Source: Girardia tigrina
Taxonomy: Eukaryota
Assembly: GCA_001938485.1 (NCBI GenBank)
Contig: MQRK01178631.1
Span: forward strand, 6,518 to 62,396
Reading direction: 5' to 3'
Length of the DNA stretch: 55,879 bases
Below, in pieces: positions 34,990 to 48,599 of this stretch. Positions within the stretch are counted from its first letter, which is position 1; every line of letters starts with the position of its first letter. The notes under the pieces are model-generated. The model did not search any database. It had not been told where the DNA came from and saw only the letters and a program-made list of their open reading frames with translations. The translations under genes were made by a program, and so were the position numbers.

Positions 34990-36950
34990 TGATTTTAAAA
35001 GGTGTATTAATTTTAAATGTACAATTAAAAGAAGAAAATACTGAAGAATACAAACAAATCATCAAAATAGCTTATTCCGAAGGATTTAGAGCTTTTAAGA
35101 AGAGTATTTGTAGAAGAGTAGTGTCAACGTAGTCTCTGTCACATCTGTGAGATATTATAGAATTAAATTTAAAGTAATTAAATAAAATATTGCACAATCA
35201 ACAAATTTAGAATATTTCTAAATTTGTATTATGTAACTATTACGGGGTCGAGAGCTGAGTTAACCTTTGACTCTCCATTTATTCTGTATATAACTGATGT
35301 ATGTGTGTTTGTGATTTAGTGTATTTAAATATATTTTAGTCCAGATCTTTTGTCTTCTAACAACATCCAAAGTTCAAAGTTTCCTCTCAAATAAATCGAA
35401 AACAGTTTGTAGATTGCAAACTAATCTGATATATAAATTTAATTGTCACGGGTGTCAAAATTCGTACATTGTAGAGGATTAAGAAAGGGAGAGCAAGACT
35501 CTGAGAAATCGCTCCAGTAGTCAAGAGTAATCTACTACCAATCCGAAGCAAGAAAGCTATCATGTACTATGGTTCAGAAAACTGGCGAACTAACGAAACT
35601 CTGATAAAGAAATTAGAAGCATTATACAATATGTGCACGAGAACAGCACTAGGCATCGACAAAAGAGAGAAAGTCAGGATGGAGACAATTAGTATTGAAC
35701 TTAGTCACCCAATGGACATCGTTGCCAGAAGACGGCTCCTGTTCCACGTTCCTCTGGCAACCGTAGAAGGTCAGGAATGCGTACAAAGAATACTCTCAGG
35801 TACAATAGAGAGCGACTCAAAGATCGGAGGACGGAAAAAGCAAAAACTATCGGAATGCCTGCGATTCAATGTGAATTGGTTGTTCGGAGAAACCGCCAGT
35901 CTCGACAGTGTTATTACTCTGCTGCAGAGTGGTGCTCAACTCCGAATGCGAGATAGACTCGATTATCTAATTCGCTATGCGAACACAGTAGGAAAAAAAA
36001 ACCACAGACTTGCCAAAGCTAATCAATCCAAGGATGAATACAGTTCGTTGCTATCTCGAGAACTGTAACAAAGGATTTGCAGAGAAAAAAGGACTGAATC
36101 GTCATATTCGTGAAGATCACCAGAAAATTATACCGGACGCAGAAAAGAAAGCATATCAGTGCCCATATTGCTGAAAAAGCTACTACGCTCAGGGGTGGTT
36201 AATAAGCAATTATTGGAAAGATCATTCATCAGCAAATATTCCAGAAGAAACAGTTACCAAGACTAAAAAGAAACCTCGCAAACCACAGAAAGACAGCAAC
36301 ATCAGAGAAAATGAAGACTTACCAACAAGTACCAGAACATTTCAGGTACCAACCGTCGGTGCGAGCACATCAACTGTTCCCCAAGAAGCGATCTTCTCAG
36401 AAGTACTGAGTTTCCGTCTAACAGACCAAACGGCAAAAGGAAACTTCAGATGTCCTTTCGCTGGCTGCTCCAAGTCCACGGGATCGGCCAAAGGAATGTT
36501 AAACCATGGAACATCCGACCATGGTTGGTCGTTTCACACTTGAGGACAGAGGAGAACTTGTAAGCGGTAAGCTGACGACCCCGTAGGAGGCCTATCGGGG
36601 TACTGCTAGATTATTTAGTGGGTGGACCCTCTAAAGAGCCTACGCCTTAATACCATTCGAAAGAGATGGGAGGCCCACATTGGAGAGACAATTCATCATC
36701 TCAAAACCCGGATTAGTGAGCACTCGCAAATGAGTCGATCGAGTAAGGTTCTTGATCATTGGTTATGCTGTAATGATAGAACCTCATCCATTTCAAAAGA
36801 TGAGTTTTCTGTTCTACAAAAAGGATTCGATTCACATTACGAACGCCAGTTTTGAGAATCTCTACTAATAAGACACTACAACCCATCAATCAACATTCAG
36901 AATGAGTAAAGTAAGGTTATTTCAATACTTAAAAATTTTAATTAAAATAT
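34990..36950 (+). mobile_element. Second Penelope-like element, interrupted by an LTR-like insert (~35110-35364) and by LINE copy 2
   Basis: IKIAYSEGFRAFKKSI / SKVQSFLSNKS..TNLIYKFNCHGCQNSYI|GETIHHLKTRISEH...ESLLIRHYNPSINIQ reassembles when 35472-36682 is removed. Confidence 0.85.
35472..36676 (+). mobile_element. LINE copy 2 (divergent subfamily of 964-3735), 5'-truncated
   Basis: YYGSENWRT, HPMDIV..RRL.FH, GGRKKQKLSECLR, fingers ..LNRHIREDH, CPYC and CPFAGC..NHGTSDH, and the end DPVGGLSGYC*. Same 3' terminus as copy 1. TSD ACATTG at 35466-35471 and 36677-36682. Confidence 0.92.
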
Positions 36951-36995
36951 GTTTTGCCATTATTACTCAATAATGCTTTAATAAATTATAATATA

Positions 36996-37103
36996 CTAGC
37001 GCGCTCGGCCCGCTTCGCGGCCCTCTCTTGCCGGGGGTTCAATTTTTTTTATATTATAAAAGCCCAAGTCACTCACTGCCTGCCTCACTGCCTCACTAAT
37101 GCT
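36996..37103. mobile_element. Helitron termini: a minus-strand 3' end (hairpin plus CTAG) and a plus-strand 5'-like start running into the gap
   Basis: CTAG at 36996-36999 lies 7 nt from the GC hairpin GGCCCGCTTCGCGGCC (37007-37022). It is followed by TATATTATAAAAGCCCAAGTCACTCACTGCC microsatellite-like sequence typical of non-autonomous Helitron 5' ends. Confidence 0.65.
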
Positions 37104-37876
37104 NNNNNNNNNNNNNNNNNNNNNNNNNNNNNNNNNNNNNNNNNNNNNNNNNNNNNNNNNNNNNNNNNNNNNNNNNNNNNNNNNNNNNNNNNNNNNNNNN
37201 NNNNNNNNNNNNNNNNNNNNNNNNNNNNNNNNNNNNNNNNNNNNNNNNNNNNNNNNNNNNNNNNNNNNNNNNNNNNNNNNNNNNNNNNNNNNNNNNNNNN
37301 NNNNNNNNNNNNNNNNNNNNNNNNNNNNNNNNNNNNNNNNNNNNNNNNNNNNNNNNNNNNNNNNNNNNNNNNNNNNNNNNNNNNNNNNNNNNNNNNNNNN
37401 NNNNNNNNNNNNNNNNNNNNNNNNNNNNNNNNNNNNNNNNNNNNNNNNNNNNNNNNNNNNNNNNNNNNNNNNNNNNNNNNNNNNNNNNNNNNNNNNNNNN
37501 NNNNNNNNNNNNNNNNNNNNNNNNNNNNNNNNNNNNNNNNNNNNNNNNNNNNNNNNNNNNNNNNNNNNNNNNNNNNNNNNNNNNNNNNNNNNNNNNNNNN
37601 NNNNNNNNNNNNNNNNNNNNNNNNNNNNNNNNNNNNNNNNNNNNNNNNNNNNNNNNNNNNNNNNNNNNNNNNNNNNNNNNNNNNNNNNNNNNNNNNNNNN
37701 NNNNNNNNNNNNNNNNNNNNNNNNNNNNNNNNNNNNNNNNNNNNNNNNNNNNNNNNNNNNNNNNNNNNNNNNNNNNNNNNNNNNNNNNNNNNNNNNNNNN
37801 NNNNNNNNNNNNNNNNNNNNNNNNNNNNNNNNNNNNNNNNNNNNNNNNNNNNNNNNNNNNNNNNNNNNNNNNNNNN

Positions 37877-37914
<38 letters not shown>

Positions 37915-37918
<4 letters not shown>

Positions 37919-40900
37919 GTATTCTCTATGCTTTAGTATCCATCCTGTAACTTCATCGATTGTATGTTTGGTTAGATTTCCACGGGTGTTTTTTATCATT
38001 CTATATTCAATGTAGTTGTTAATTTCTTCTCTTAAATAATCTTTGAATGGCTTATTTAGGACAATGCCCATCAACTGCAAATATGCAGTCATTCCCGCTG
38101 GAATGACAATAAGATCAATAACACTGGTTAACGAAATTTTTGAGATTTTAATATGATTTACAGTTTCTAGATCAATTTTCCCCATGATTTCGAATATACT
38201 ATATGTTTCTCTCCGTTGGCTATAAAATATTTTATGTCAATTTTATTATTTTTTCCAAATATTTGCTGTATGTTTATATAAATATTAATTATAAATATAA
38301 TTATAATTTATGAGTTCTTATAATTAATATATTGTCTTTATTTTATGATAGCACAAACTTATTGAATTGTTTTAATGCATAAAATATATAAAAATTATCA
38401 GATGGCAGTAGTTTGATTTCCCATTTATCATGTAAGGATCAGATGAATAGTATTAATTATTATGAAATGTACTAATTTTTCAGATTATTTCCTTTTTAAT
38501 CCAGCCTTCAAATAAATAGGACTTGTAAAAATCATCCAGATAGGTTCTGTTACATCTACAGACAAGTTACCTTTCCCAAGAGAAAACTCAACATCACTGA
38601 ATTAGTGAAGAAAAGCTACCATGCTTACTTTGGCGTAAAATTAGGTGACCAGGAAAAAACGTTTGCCCTTCATTTTTGTTGCCAGACCTGTGTCAATAAT
38701 CTCCGTGGATGGTGGAACAAATCGAAGGACTCTCTCCCCTTTGCTGTTCATATGATGTGGAGAGAGGGTAGAGATCACTTTACTGACTGTTATTTTTCCT
38801 AGGAAAATCTTGAAGGTAAAATAAATAACATGAACATTCAACTTTATTAGAGTACATTTGACCAATAGTATGTTTTATAGGTGTGACAACTAAGAAGAAG
38901 AAGCACGTTGTGTATCATGATGTACCCTCCGCTCAGAGACCTATTCCACATGGTCCTGTGTTGCCAATTCCTAAACCTCCTGACTCTTCTTCCACTTCAT
39001 CATCATCAACCACTGATGTATGCAGTGAAATCGATGCTTCAGAAGAATCATAAATGGACTGCAAGCAGCCCAGGCTATTAACGTAGGCAGAGCTCAATGA
39101 TTTGACGAGGGATTTGGGTTTGTCGAAGGATTCTTCACAGCTGCTGGTATCGCGACTCAATGAACATCATTTGCTGTCGGCAGATGTGACTTACTACTGG
39201 TATCGAGATCGTGAGGAGTTTCGCCAGTTCTTCACAATGGACGAAGAAGCATCTTTATTGTGTACTGCAATAATATTGGTGGTCTAATCACAGCATTGGG
39301 TGTAGTGTATCAACCTAAAGAATGGCGTCTCTTTATAGACTCCTCAAGTCGCAGCTTGAAAGCAGTCCTCCTCCTTAATGGTAAAAAAAGTAAAGTGTTC
39401 CTGTTGGCCACTCAGTTCAAATGAGCGAAACGTACAACAACATAGAGCTTGTACTAAACTCTTTGAATTACAAGAGTCACGAGGGGCTCATTTGTGGAGA
39501 CATGAAGGTAAGTATTTGATATATTTAGCGTTTCATTGAATCTATAATTTTTTGACATTTATTGTAGGTTGTGGCACTTATTCTGGGTCAGCAAGGCGGA
39601 TACACAAAAAACCCATGCTTCTTGTGTATGTGGGACAGTAGGGATGACCAGAATCATTTCATGAAGAGTGCCTGGCCAGCCAGAGATGAGCTTGTACCCG
39701 GTTCTCACAACGTACTATCACAACCCCTTGTGGATCGACGAAAAATTATACTCCCGCCTCTTCACATCAAGCTTGGGCTGATGAAAAATTTTGTGAAGGT
39801 ACTTCACAAAAAATGGCAAAGCTGTCATTTTCTTGAAGAAGAAATTCCCAAAAGTCTCACGAGGTAAAGATACTTAAGGGAATCTTCGATGGACCGCAGA
39901 TAAGATAGCTCATGAAAGATCCCAATTTCGAAAAATCACTTACGCAAAAGGAGAAAGGTGCATGGACTGCCTGAAGTCGATTATCCAAAATTTCCTGGGC
40001 AACCACCGCAGCGAAGACTACCAGAGAGTTGTTACTGATCTGCTGAAGCGTTTCCAAGCACTAGGTGCTCGCATGTCTATTAAGCTCCACTTTCTTAGCT
40101 CTCATCTGGATTACTTCCCAGACAACTGCGAGATTACAGTGAGGAGCAAGGAGAGAGGTTCCACCAAGATATACGAGTCATGGAGGAGCGCTACCATGGC
40201 AGCTGGGACGTGAATATGCTGACCGATTATTGCTAAAGCCTGTAGAGAGACTCGCCAAATGCCTCCCATGCCCACAAATCCAAGAAGAGACAATTTATTT
40301 CATCTTAACTTTTCCTGAATTTAATGTTTTACATGACAATAGAAAAATAGCCTGTAAAATGTGCATTTAAATAAATTAAATTGTGTGAAAACAGGGCCAT
40401 ACGAGAAAAACCAATAACATATTCGGCATCAGTATGCCAAAATATTATATAAGCTTGATGTGTGGATGCATAATCCCATATCAGTAATCCCCTCTTGCCA
40501 CTTCAAAACACCAATAGAAAATTTAAATCAATCCATTTTTAAGCACACTTTGGGTTGACCAAGCCTTTTCAGATTGTAAAACATGTATACCATTGTTCTT
40601 TCTTACAGTATCCTTTGTGTCCTTGACAATGACAATGGGTATGGTTTTTGTGCCATCAAGTCTTATGTCAAGGATACATGCAACTCTTGAAGATTCATAG
40701 CCAGTTGATGGTAAATGTATTGATTTGTTTCCTCGAATATCAACTGTAGCCTGCAAATTCTCACCATAAAAGACTGCAGTTTCATCCATTGAAATGCAAT
40801 AATCCGGTGGATATTCACTTATATTAAATTGTTCTATGAAAGCATTGCTTCTTATTGATCGATCTACAACTATTTCATTGCGCAGTTTAAATAAGGATGG

Positions 40901-41590
40901 GGATTTCCTAATGATAGTCCGTTTCTCTCAAAAAACTATTCAACCAATGTTCTGATGTCTTGAAATTGATCGAATCATCTGTTTTTACTAACTCTACCAT
41001 TTTTTGAATATCTATTCTTTTAACAATTATTCTGTTTAATCTTCGATCTGTCAACTGTATATCTTCAAGTATAGGATGGAGGACTTTTCTCCCGCCAACC
41101 TCGATTATAGATGTTCTTCCTTGCATTACTGAATCTCTAAATTTAATTTCATCGGGTCCTCCAACGTTTTATCATTTGTAAATCATGCCTTATTCCACGA
41201 CAAAACAATTGGTTAGAAGAATGAAGTTCTTTCGAGAATTTTAAGTCTAAACTCAATAGTATAGTTTTTTCTCGGACTGTGTTAGTCATGTTTTGTTTTT
41301 TAAAAAACAACAATATTTAAACAATTTTTTCGAGGAATAATGTATGTTATTTAAAATAAACACGATTTTTTGAAAAAATATTAGTTATTATTACTTTTTT
41401 TTCAAAATGTTCCACCACTTCAAAAAAAATTGAAATTTCATTTTTTAATGATTTAAAAAGCGGGTTTTTTTAATTCTTTGATTTTTTTTACAATATATTT
41501 TCTGGTAGCTAGTAATAAGGTAGAGGCTTGTATTAAATTTTTTTACAAAATGGAAGAAAAAGCATATGTGGCTTGTAATAAGGAGAACAT
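37915..41590 (-). mobile_element. pogo-type transposon split by a Chapaev3 insertion
   Basis: MDETAVF..STGYESSRVACIL.I..DGTK and LIWDYASTH at 40465-41290. IDLIVIPAGMTAYLQ..LNKPFKDYLR at 37915-38121. Confidence 0.8.
38122..40460 (+). mobile_element. Chapaev3-like (CMC) transposon with an intron-containing, degraded transposase
   Basis: Starts TAA|CACTGGTTAAC. Motifs FCYI, YFGVKLGDQEK..HFCC, WREGRDHFTDCYF, WRLFIDSS.RSLKAVLL, LGQQGGYTKNPCFLCMWDSR, LPPLHIKLGLMK, MSIKLHFLSSHLD. GT-AG introns at ~38815-38880 and ~39508-39567. Confidence 0.85.
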
Positions 41591-41645
41591 CGTATTTATA
41601 TATATATTCTATAATTATAAAAAAAAATAATAAATAAAAAATTTA

Positions 41646-41681
<36 letters not shown>

Positions 41682-41796
41682 TCTATAATTATAAAAAAAT
41701 TAATAATTCTGGAAACTTCCAAATATTTTTTTATGTTACTTATATAATTAAATTGCAAAAAAAACATGTTAAATTACATTTATTGATCAACTTATA

Positions 41797-41909
41797 AGGG
41801 TTTCTACATAATTTAGACCCCTTGTCAAATATCTTGGAAAGCGGCTTAAATTATTTGAAATGAGGCTTAACTTTTTCGACAAGAGGTGTAAATTATGCGG
41901 AAAACCCTG
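41797..41909. mobile_element. hAT-like MITE
   Basis: AGGGTTTCTACATAATTTAGACCCCTTGTC / GACAAGAGGTGTAAATTATGCGGAAAACCCTG inverted arms. Confidence 0.6.
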
Positions 41910-42284
41910 TTTTACTTAAATAAATATTCTTCAAAAAATTTTGATTTTTTTAATAGGTCTCTTAGTAAATGAAAAACACGTTTTGATAAAACTTAAACAT
42001 ATATAAAATTAAAATTTAAATATTTTGATTTTAAACTACTAGAAAGCTTTATAATAAAAAGTTTCCCAACGATTAAAACGTAAAATGTTGAGTTTATTAC
42101 TACTTAAAAACTTAATTTTATCTTAAAAAATATATAATTTTATAAAATTTAAAAGGTTTTAAACTATAATAATATATAAACATAATAAAAGTATAAATTC
42201 AAGTATTAACGAATAAAATAATGCTAAATAAAAATATTTAATATTGTGACAGCTTTGCTGTTTTGCTTTTTAACATAGTTTAAA

Positions 42285-42400
42285 CATATATGATTTCAGT
42301 TTCGTAATTACCATCTTTTTTTGTAACTAAAACATCAAGTAAAGTAAGTCTATTATTAGTCTCAGTTTCAATGGTGAACTTTATGTTTGGATGTACTCCA
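42285..42400 (-). mobile_element. Penelope-type RT fragment
   Basis: NIKFTIETETNNRLTLLDVLVTK matches the PLE motif IKFT.E.E....LPFLDV. Confidence 0.6.
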
Positions 42401-42812
42401 TTCATTATATAACTTAATTAAAAAAATATATTTGTACAATATATTTGTATTTTCGGCCGATGATAATTTTAAAAAATTTTGTAATTTAATAAAAACTAAT
42501 CATTTAAAGTTTTTGTTGAAACCTTTTGTTCTCTCAAGCGATCAAACACCCGAAGGCTTTCTATTTTGAACGAAACTTGACTTGTGAACAGTAATGATTT
42601 TATGAATGATTATTGTAGTAAATTTTTTTGATTGTTCACTATTTTGCAAAAAAATATTTAATTTTTAATGAAATAGATATTCATAATTGACAGAGGAAGA
42701 GTGATTTTTATTTATATCTCAATAAAACTATTAGGTAAATAAATCATTAAATACACAAAGTCAGTAATATTGGGGGATTTTCACCCCTCCCTAGGTACTT
42801 TAGAGACATTTA

Positions 42813-43751
42813 TAGGGTGCAGCAAAAAAACGTTACAAAGTTTAATGCGTCCTAACACAAAGTATTGTAACGTATCCAAATAATTATTATTTTATCGGAT
42901 TCTCCATGTTTTTGTGTACTAAGAACTGTATTATGAATAATATTGTGTGTTGACTTATTGTACTATCAGCATGTTGAATACACAGTGCAATTGTAGAGCT
43001 GTTTCATCTAGGCAAACGTTAATGTGAAATAGTTTGTTTGCCAGGTGTTTCAAAGATAATGGTCTCTCGTGTTGTTCCGCAATTCAAGGAACTTGGTCCC
43101 GATGATCGGCATCCAGCAAGTGGAAGAAAGCTCACCGTCAACACTTCTGCAAATCTCAAGGTCATCAAGAAGCGAGTGCAGCAAAATCCGTGGATCTCCA
43201 TGAAAAAAAATCGCTCGTGAGACCGGTAACAGCGATCGATAGATGCGGTGAATGGCAAAAAAGGAGCTCAACTTCAAGCCCTACATGCTACGAAAAGTTC
43301 AGCTCTTCACGGAAGAGAACAAGCGTGTACGGCTGCTAAGATGCCGTCAACTCAAACGTCGGGCCGCTGGTCAACTATGGAAGCGTATCTTCTTCACGGA
43401 CGAGAAGCTGTTTATTGTCGAACAAGGACACAACTACCAGCACGACAAGATCTGGTCCACAGACACTCCAGGCACCTCAGTCGTCGTCAAACACCTTCAA
43501 AATCTGGCATTGGTGACAGTGTGAGGGGAAATCTGCGCCAGTGGTATGATCCCTCTCGTTTTCGTCGAACAGCGGGACAAAATCAACCAAGAACTCTACC
43601 GACACGACATTTTCTAGACCAGCGTAGTTCCGTGGGCACAACAGTACTTCGGTGATGCTGATCGAACGTTGCAACAGGACTCCACCCCGTCCCACAAAGC
43701 GAAAACGACTCAAGCATAAAAATATGAGTAACGTTTTTTTGCAGCACTCTA
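42813..43751 (+). mobile_element. maT/DD37D-like Tc1-mariner element, internally deleted
   Basis: TA-flanked TIRs TAGGGTGCAGCAAAAAAACGTTAC / GTAACGTTTTTTGCAGCACTCTA. Motifs IFFTDEKLFIVEQ and LQQDSTPSHKAK. Confidence 0.85.
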
Positions 43752-44630
43752 TAAACGTGTTTGTGGGATAATTTCAATACATTCATTAATTTCAACATAT
43801 CTGGACTTCAGATGAATTTTTTTATCTATTATATAGTTGAGAACGTGGTTCTCTTTGCCTCTCCATCTGACACCATTCATTATCCATAATCCTACAAAAC
43901 GTTTTAGTAATTATTTTACACTTGTTAAGAAAGACTACTTTTAATAAATTTTTAGTGAAAATCCAGACTGTTTGTAATTTATCCAGGCCATTAAAATATT
44001 AATGAATTGTAATGAAATCAAAAATATCCGAAAAAATAACATTTTTTCCGAATGATAATATCTTATTACTAGTTGAAACAGTTCTAGGGAAATATTTTTA
44101 TTGCTTTTCAAATTGTATGGAGTCACTTAGTACAAAATCATTTATATAGATTTTATTTACAAATAACAGATTCCGTCCAAATAATGAAATTAAAGAAGTA
44201 GGTCGATGGGTTGCGTTTCTGAACCAAAAAATTTCATACTAAAACATTTTTTTATGATTTTTTTTATACTTTTAATATTTTTTTATAATAATAAATTAGT
44301 CTAAAAAATTAAAATTATGAATCAGTGTTTGTAAATTTATTTAATATAACAACAATAAATATTATTTTTGACAATTTAGAAATCCAACAGTTCTTTTCAC
44401 AAATTTCTTTTACATTGAAATAGTCGAAATTTACTTTTCTGTCAAAATTATATATTTTGGAATCTAAGTACTAATTTTCAATTTTAACTCGTATCCGATT
44501 TTTTCAAAAATTGAGACTCATGATTAAAAATATTTCGATATTAAACTACTAAAAATTAAGAAGAAACAAAAATTAAACATTATTTCCGTAAAAAGGCAAA
44601 CATAATTGCCTTTCTATTTATCTGATATTA

Positions 44631-45288
44631 TGAGGTGTATCTCAAAGCACTCCAAAAACCCCTCATAGAGGTTGTCCAGCATTTGAAGCAGCTGTTATTA
44701 ATCTGTCAAGCAATTGTGCTTCATGACAAACAGTAAGAAGTCGTGGCATCTATCTCACAGAAAATTTCTTCATTTTGAGCTCTGTGGTCATGAACTTTCA
44801 GGCATGTTGATAAGGACCGCAATCTCATTAACAATGACACCGTCAATGATTTCCTCTATTGCTTTTGTATTTTCCACAGTTGATGAGGTTGTTGGTCAGC
44901 CGCTCTTGACGTCATCCTCTAACGATTGTCGACCATTCTCGAATCTTCGTACTCACTTGTAGATGACACTTCGACACATGGTTGCATCACAAAATACACG
45001 GATAAGAATTGTGTAATGTTAGCTGGCATTGTGTCTTTCTTTCATAGACAATCAACAATTTCACGTTGTGCTCCACTACGTCTTCCATTTTTTTTCTGAA
45101 ATACAAGAAATGAGAAATTCGTAAAACATTTAACTATATTCATACATATAGTGAGCTAATCACGTCTATCCTATTTTCTTATTGGTTGACATCTACAAGA
45201 CCACAAAAACAAAGAAGCAGGTAATTGTAACCCATGCACATGCAGTCACAGTGAGTTGCTTTTTTCATGAACTTTTGAGATATCCTCG
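44631..45288 (-). mobile_element. Deleted mariner element
   Basis: TA-flanked TIRs TGAGGTGTATCTCAAAG / CTTTTGAGATATCCTCG, with HTH-region remnants (F.NGRQSLEDD..SG.PTTS). Confidence 0.75.
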
Positions 45289-46689
45289 TATTACATTAAA
45301 CATCTTCGAATCACTCAAATTAGTGTTTAAAGAGCTTTTTTAGTGTTAAAAATTATATGACCATCTTAATAAGGGCTCATTAAATATACTTGCTTTTTTT
45401 CTTGTTTAGTGTTTGTAGCCATACACATTAATTGGATAAAAATATTATATAATATGAAGAAATGTTTAAACAATTATTTATTGTTATGTCTCTTGGTACT
45501 ATATTCCTAAAAATTTTGGAAATTCAAAATTATTACCGCTTATAGCCGGTCCAAATTTAATTGAGAAGAAAAAATGATCAGAATTCTGGTATTTACACTG
45601 TTCACTTTTTCGCCTGACAAACGTTCTTGTTTGAGAACAATTTAATAATTTCGTGGGAGGTATTTGAAAAATCAATTTCCAAAATCATTTTTACTCAATT
45701 TGTACATTTATTATAAACAATTCTCAAACAAAATTTTTAACTATTTTCTTTATTAATAATCATTCCGCAGATTTCTATCTTCCCATAATTTTTCATTTAT
45801 TTAAAGTTATAATCAAATTAAATTCATATTTTTTATATTTTAAATATTTAATTTTTTTTAATCATATCCTTAAATTAATTTAAAATTTGAAAAATAAAAT
45901 TTTACAAATATTAATAAATTTTTTTAATAGAATTCAAATTTTAATAAGATTATTATTTTTAAAAATACTGTTTTATCTGTTATCTGTTTTGATCAACTCA
46001 TTTTTCTAAAAAAAATAATATTTTAATTTAAATGAATTTAAATTCAAATTTAAAATATTTAAGTATTATTCTAATTAATTTTTAAAATTTTCAATTTGAT
46101 TTTAATTCAAAATAATCTTTTTTTAAAAATATTTAAATTTTGATCAGTGAATTAAAATTAATTAACATATAAATTTAATAATGAATAATTTTTCAATATA
46201 AAATTTTCTTACATTTTCACAGTCTAAAATGGACACAAAGTCGACCAGTTATGTGAATGAAAAGAAAGTAAATAAAAAATAGAATTTTATCCAATATTTT
46301 AAAATTAAATTTGAATGTGTTATTCTAATTTATGCTTCGTGTGAAAGATAATACGTTTTTATGGTGATTTTCTAAACAAAACCGCTATTTTTAGATTTGA
46401 TGACATACTTAGTTATAAAATGCAATAAATTTATGCAATGAAATTAAAACATTTTAAATATTTTTACATAAAAAAACTATTTTCAGTCACATTGACATCT
46501 ATTTCGACACCTTTTCTCGATGCTGCAATTTCTCTGTTCACTCTTTATTTCTCTCTGCTAATAAATAGGGAACTTCACAACCATACCCGCTCATATAAAT
46601 GTTGACTGTGGACACGATTCCAGTGTTGAGGTTAGGTTTAAAGGATTTTCACAAATAAACGGAGCACCTATACTTATATTGTTATAAAC

Positions 46690-47830
46690 TCTTTCTCAAC
46701 AAATTTAATTTAAAACGAAGAAAAATGCTTATTAAAGTCAGTTACGATATCTCGCAAAGTTTCAATGTTGATCTCAACGCTCGTTGTAGTGATTTCTCGC
46801 TCAGACTTTACACATGTTTTTTTCCCAAGATACTCCGGACCGAATACTCGAGAGTTGTCAAATCTGATGAGCATGATAACGATATCAATCCAGTTGTTAT
46901 ACAGTGTGTTCCGATTAACTTTACTATACATTTTAAAATGATGCTACTTCACACTTTGCACAAATCGAAACTATTATTTTTCATACTTCACGAACAGTAA
47001 CTACATATGTTAAACACATGATAAATAGTACTTTTTACTCAATCCTAGATACCTCAGCTGTAATTACACCTTAAATTGTGTACAGAAGTGAAAATTTTTC
47101 TAAAAATTCTAGGGTATCAGGCAAAGTCACCGAAAAATATGACTTTACACAAATTCGAAATCTGTCTCAATTTAAACGGAACATCCTGTAAATGCAATTT
47201 TGAACCACATCAGGGCTGTATCATGTCGAAATGGTACTTTACATACTAGAAGTAATATATTCCAAGTACGTCCATATTCTCCCCGGAGTTAACAATTTTT
47301 AAAGGTTTTTCCTGTGTATCAAATACCCGTGCATACCGTAACCGACTCTCCGGTCTTGGCGAATCTTTCGAATAAATGTCTACATTTTTGCGTTAAATGC
47401 TTGCTTAATGTCAAAAAGCCTATTGTCTGTTAAAAATCATTTTTCTGTTTTGGTTTCTTGTCAATCATTTAAAAAGCTCCTCAGATCACATTTTTCTTTT
47501 TATTTTGTTTGTTGGCTTTAATCTTTACCGTTTCTGATATTTAAACAGTGCCAGTTCCAAATCTTGTAACAGAATTTCCCATGCTCGTGTCTAAGAAACT
47601 CAAATGATTTTGAATGATTCTATTTGAGAGTTTTCCTCGGTTGTTTGATTTCGATGGATCATTCCTTTTGTACATTAAATATTCCTCTTGTTTCTTGTTG
47701 TCTTCTTACTTAAAGTTTTTTTTCATATTAAGAAATCTAGCATTTTGTCTATGATCACGTCCTAATTCATACGCTTAAATAACTTCGTCTTCCAAAGTCA
47801 TTTCATATTTAACTGAACAATAAAAATCAA
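46690..47830 (-). mobile_element. Highly degraded maT/DD37D-like transposon
   Basis: Broken frames give MIF.TDNRLFDIKQAFN, SVTVCTGI*YTGKT, S.DLTTLEYSV and IETLRDIVTDF. Confidence 0.6.
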
Positions 47831-47937
47831 ATAATGTTTTTTTGAAAAAAAGTTTTTTAAACAATATAGATATGCGTTCCATTTATTAAATATTTATAAA
47901 CGAATTTTTAAAAAAGCATTAAAACATTGATCTAAAT

Positions 47938-48291
47938 CAGGGGTCTCAAACTAAAGCTATAATGAGGGCCGTGTGTGACAAAAAAAACCATAAGGGCCGC
48001 ATGACTGAAAAATTTTCATACAATAATTCAAACACATAAATCTAGATGTTAAAAGGAAAATCTGTAATTTTATAAAATACTAGACTGCTAAAGTTAAGGA
48101 TCATTAGATTTTATTTTAATATTTTAGCATTCATTATGCTGCTTTCTTACATTAAAATACTAAAGTTAATGTTACTGTGAAATCAAGCCAATCATGATTT
48201 TAATTGTTAAATAAGTTTGGTTAAATTATAAATCTATGTTTTTTCGTTGCGGGCCGCATGCGGCCCGCGGGCCGCGTGTTTGAGACCCCTG
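47938..48291. mobile_element. hAT (Charlie-like) MITE
   Basis: TIRs CAGGGGTCTCAAAC / GTTTGAGACCCCTG, a perfect 8-bp TSD ATCTAAAT (47930-47937, 48292-48299) and GGGCCGC subterminal repeats. Confidence 0.92.
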
Positions 48292-48387
48292 ATCTAAATT
48301 GATGCTTGATCTTTTTTTCGTTGAGCAACTCAATCGAGCATTTTAACCTTGATATCGGTCCAAAAGGTCTTGACACTGAACAAAATA

Positions 48388-48599
48388 CTGTATTTTTCCG
48401 TGTATAAGACCCCCTTTTTTGTCAAAATTTAATGAACATTTAAGGCGAATTTTCAAAAATTAGTTAATTTTTGAAATATTTCTCCAACACAAAAGATTTC
48501 AATTTATTTTCTGGAAGGAATTAAGGTACTTTTTTGAACTTTTTTTCCAAAAATGCACACCCAAAAATAATGGGGGATCTTATACACGGAAAACTACGG
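48388..48599. mobile_element. pogo-like MITE with TA TSD
   Basis: TIRs CTGTATTTTTCCGTGTATAAGACCCCC / GGGGATCTTATACACGGAAAACTACGG. The empty site is visible in the duplicate at ~51390-51405. Confidence 0.9.

Noticed and set aside
36954-38185. Long ORFs of 283-366 aa (also 25138-25416)
   Set aside because: Artefacts of N gaps and (TA)n tracts.
46430-47830. Possible Fanzor/TnpB-like cargo in a Tc1-mariner element
   Set aside because: Remnants match a DD37D transposase. No RuvC or zinc-ribbon motifs were seen here or in the other IS630/Tc1 relics.
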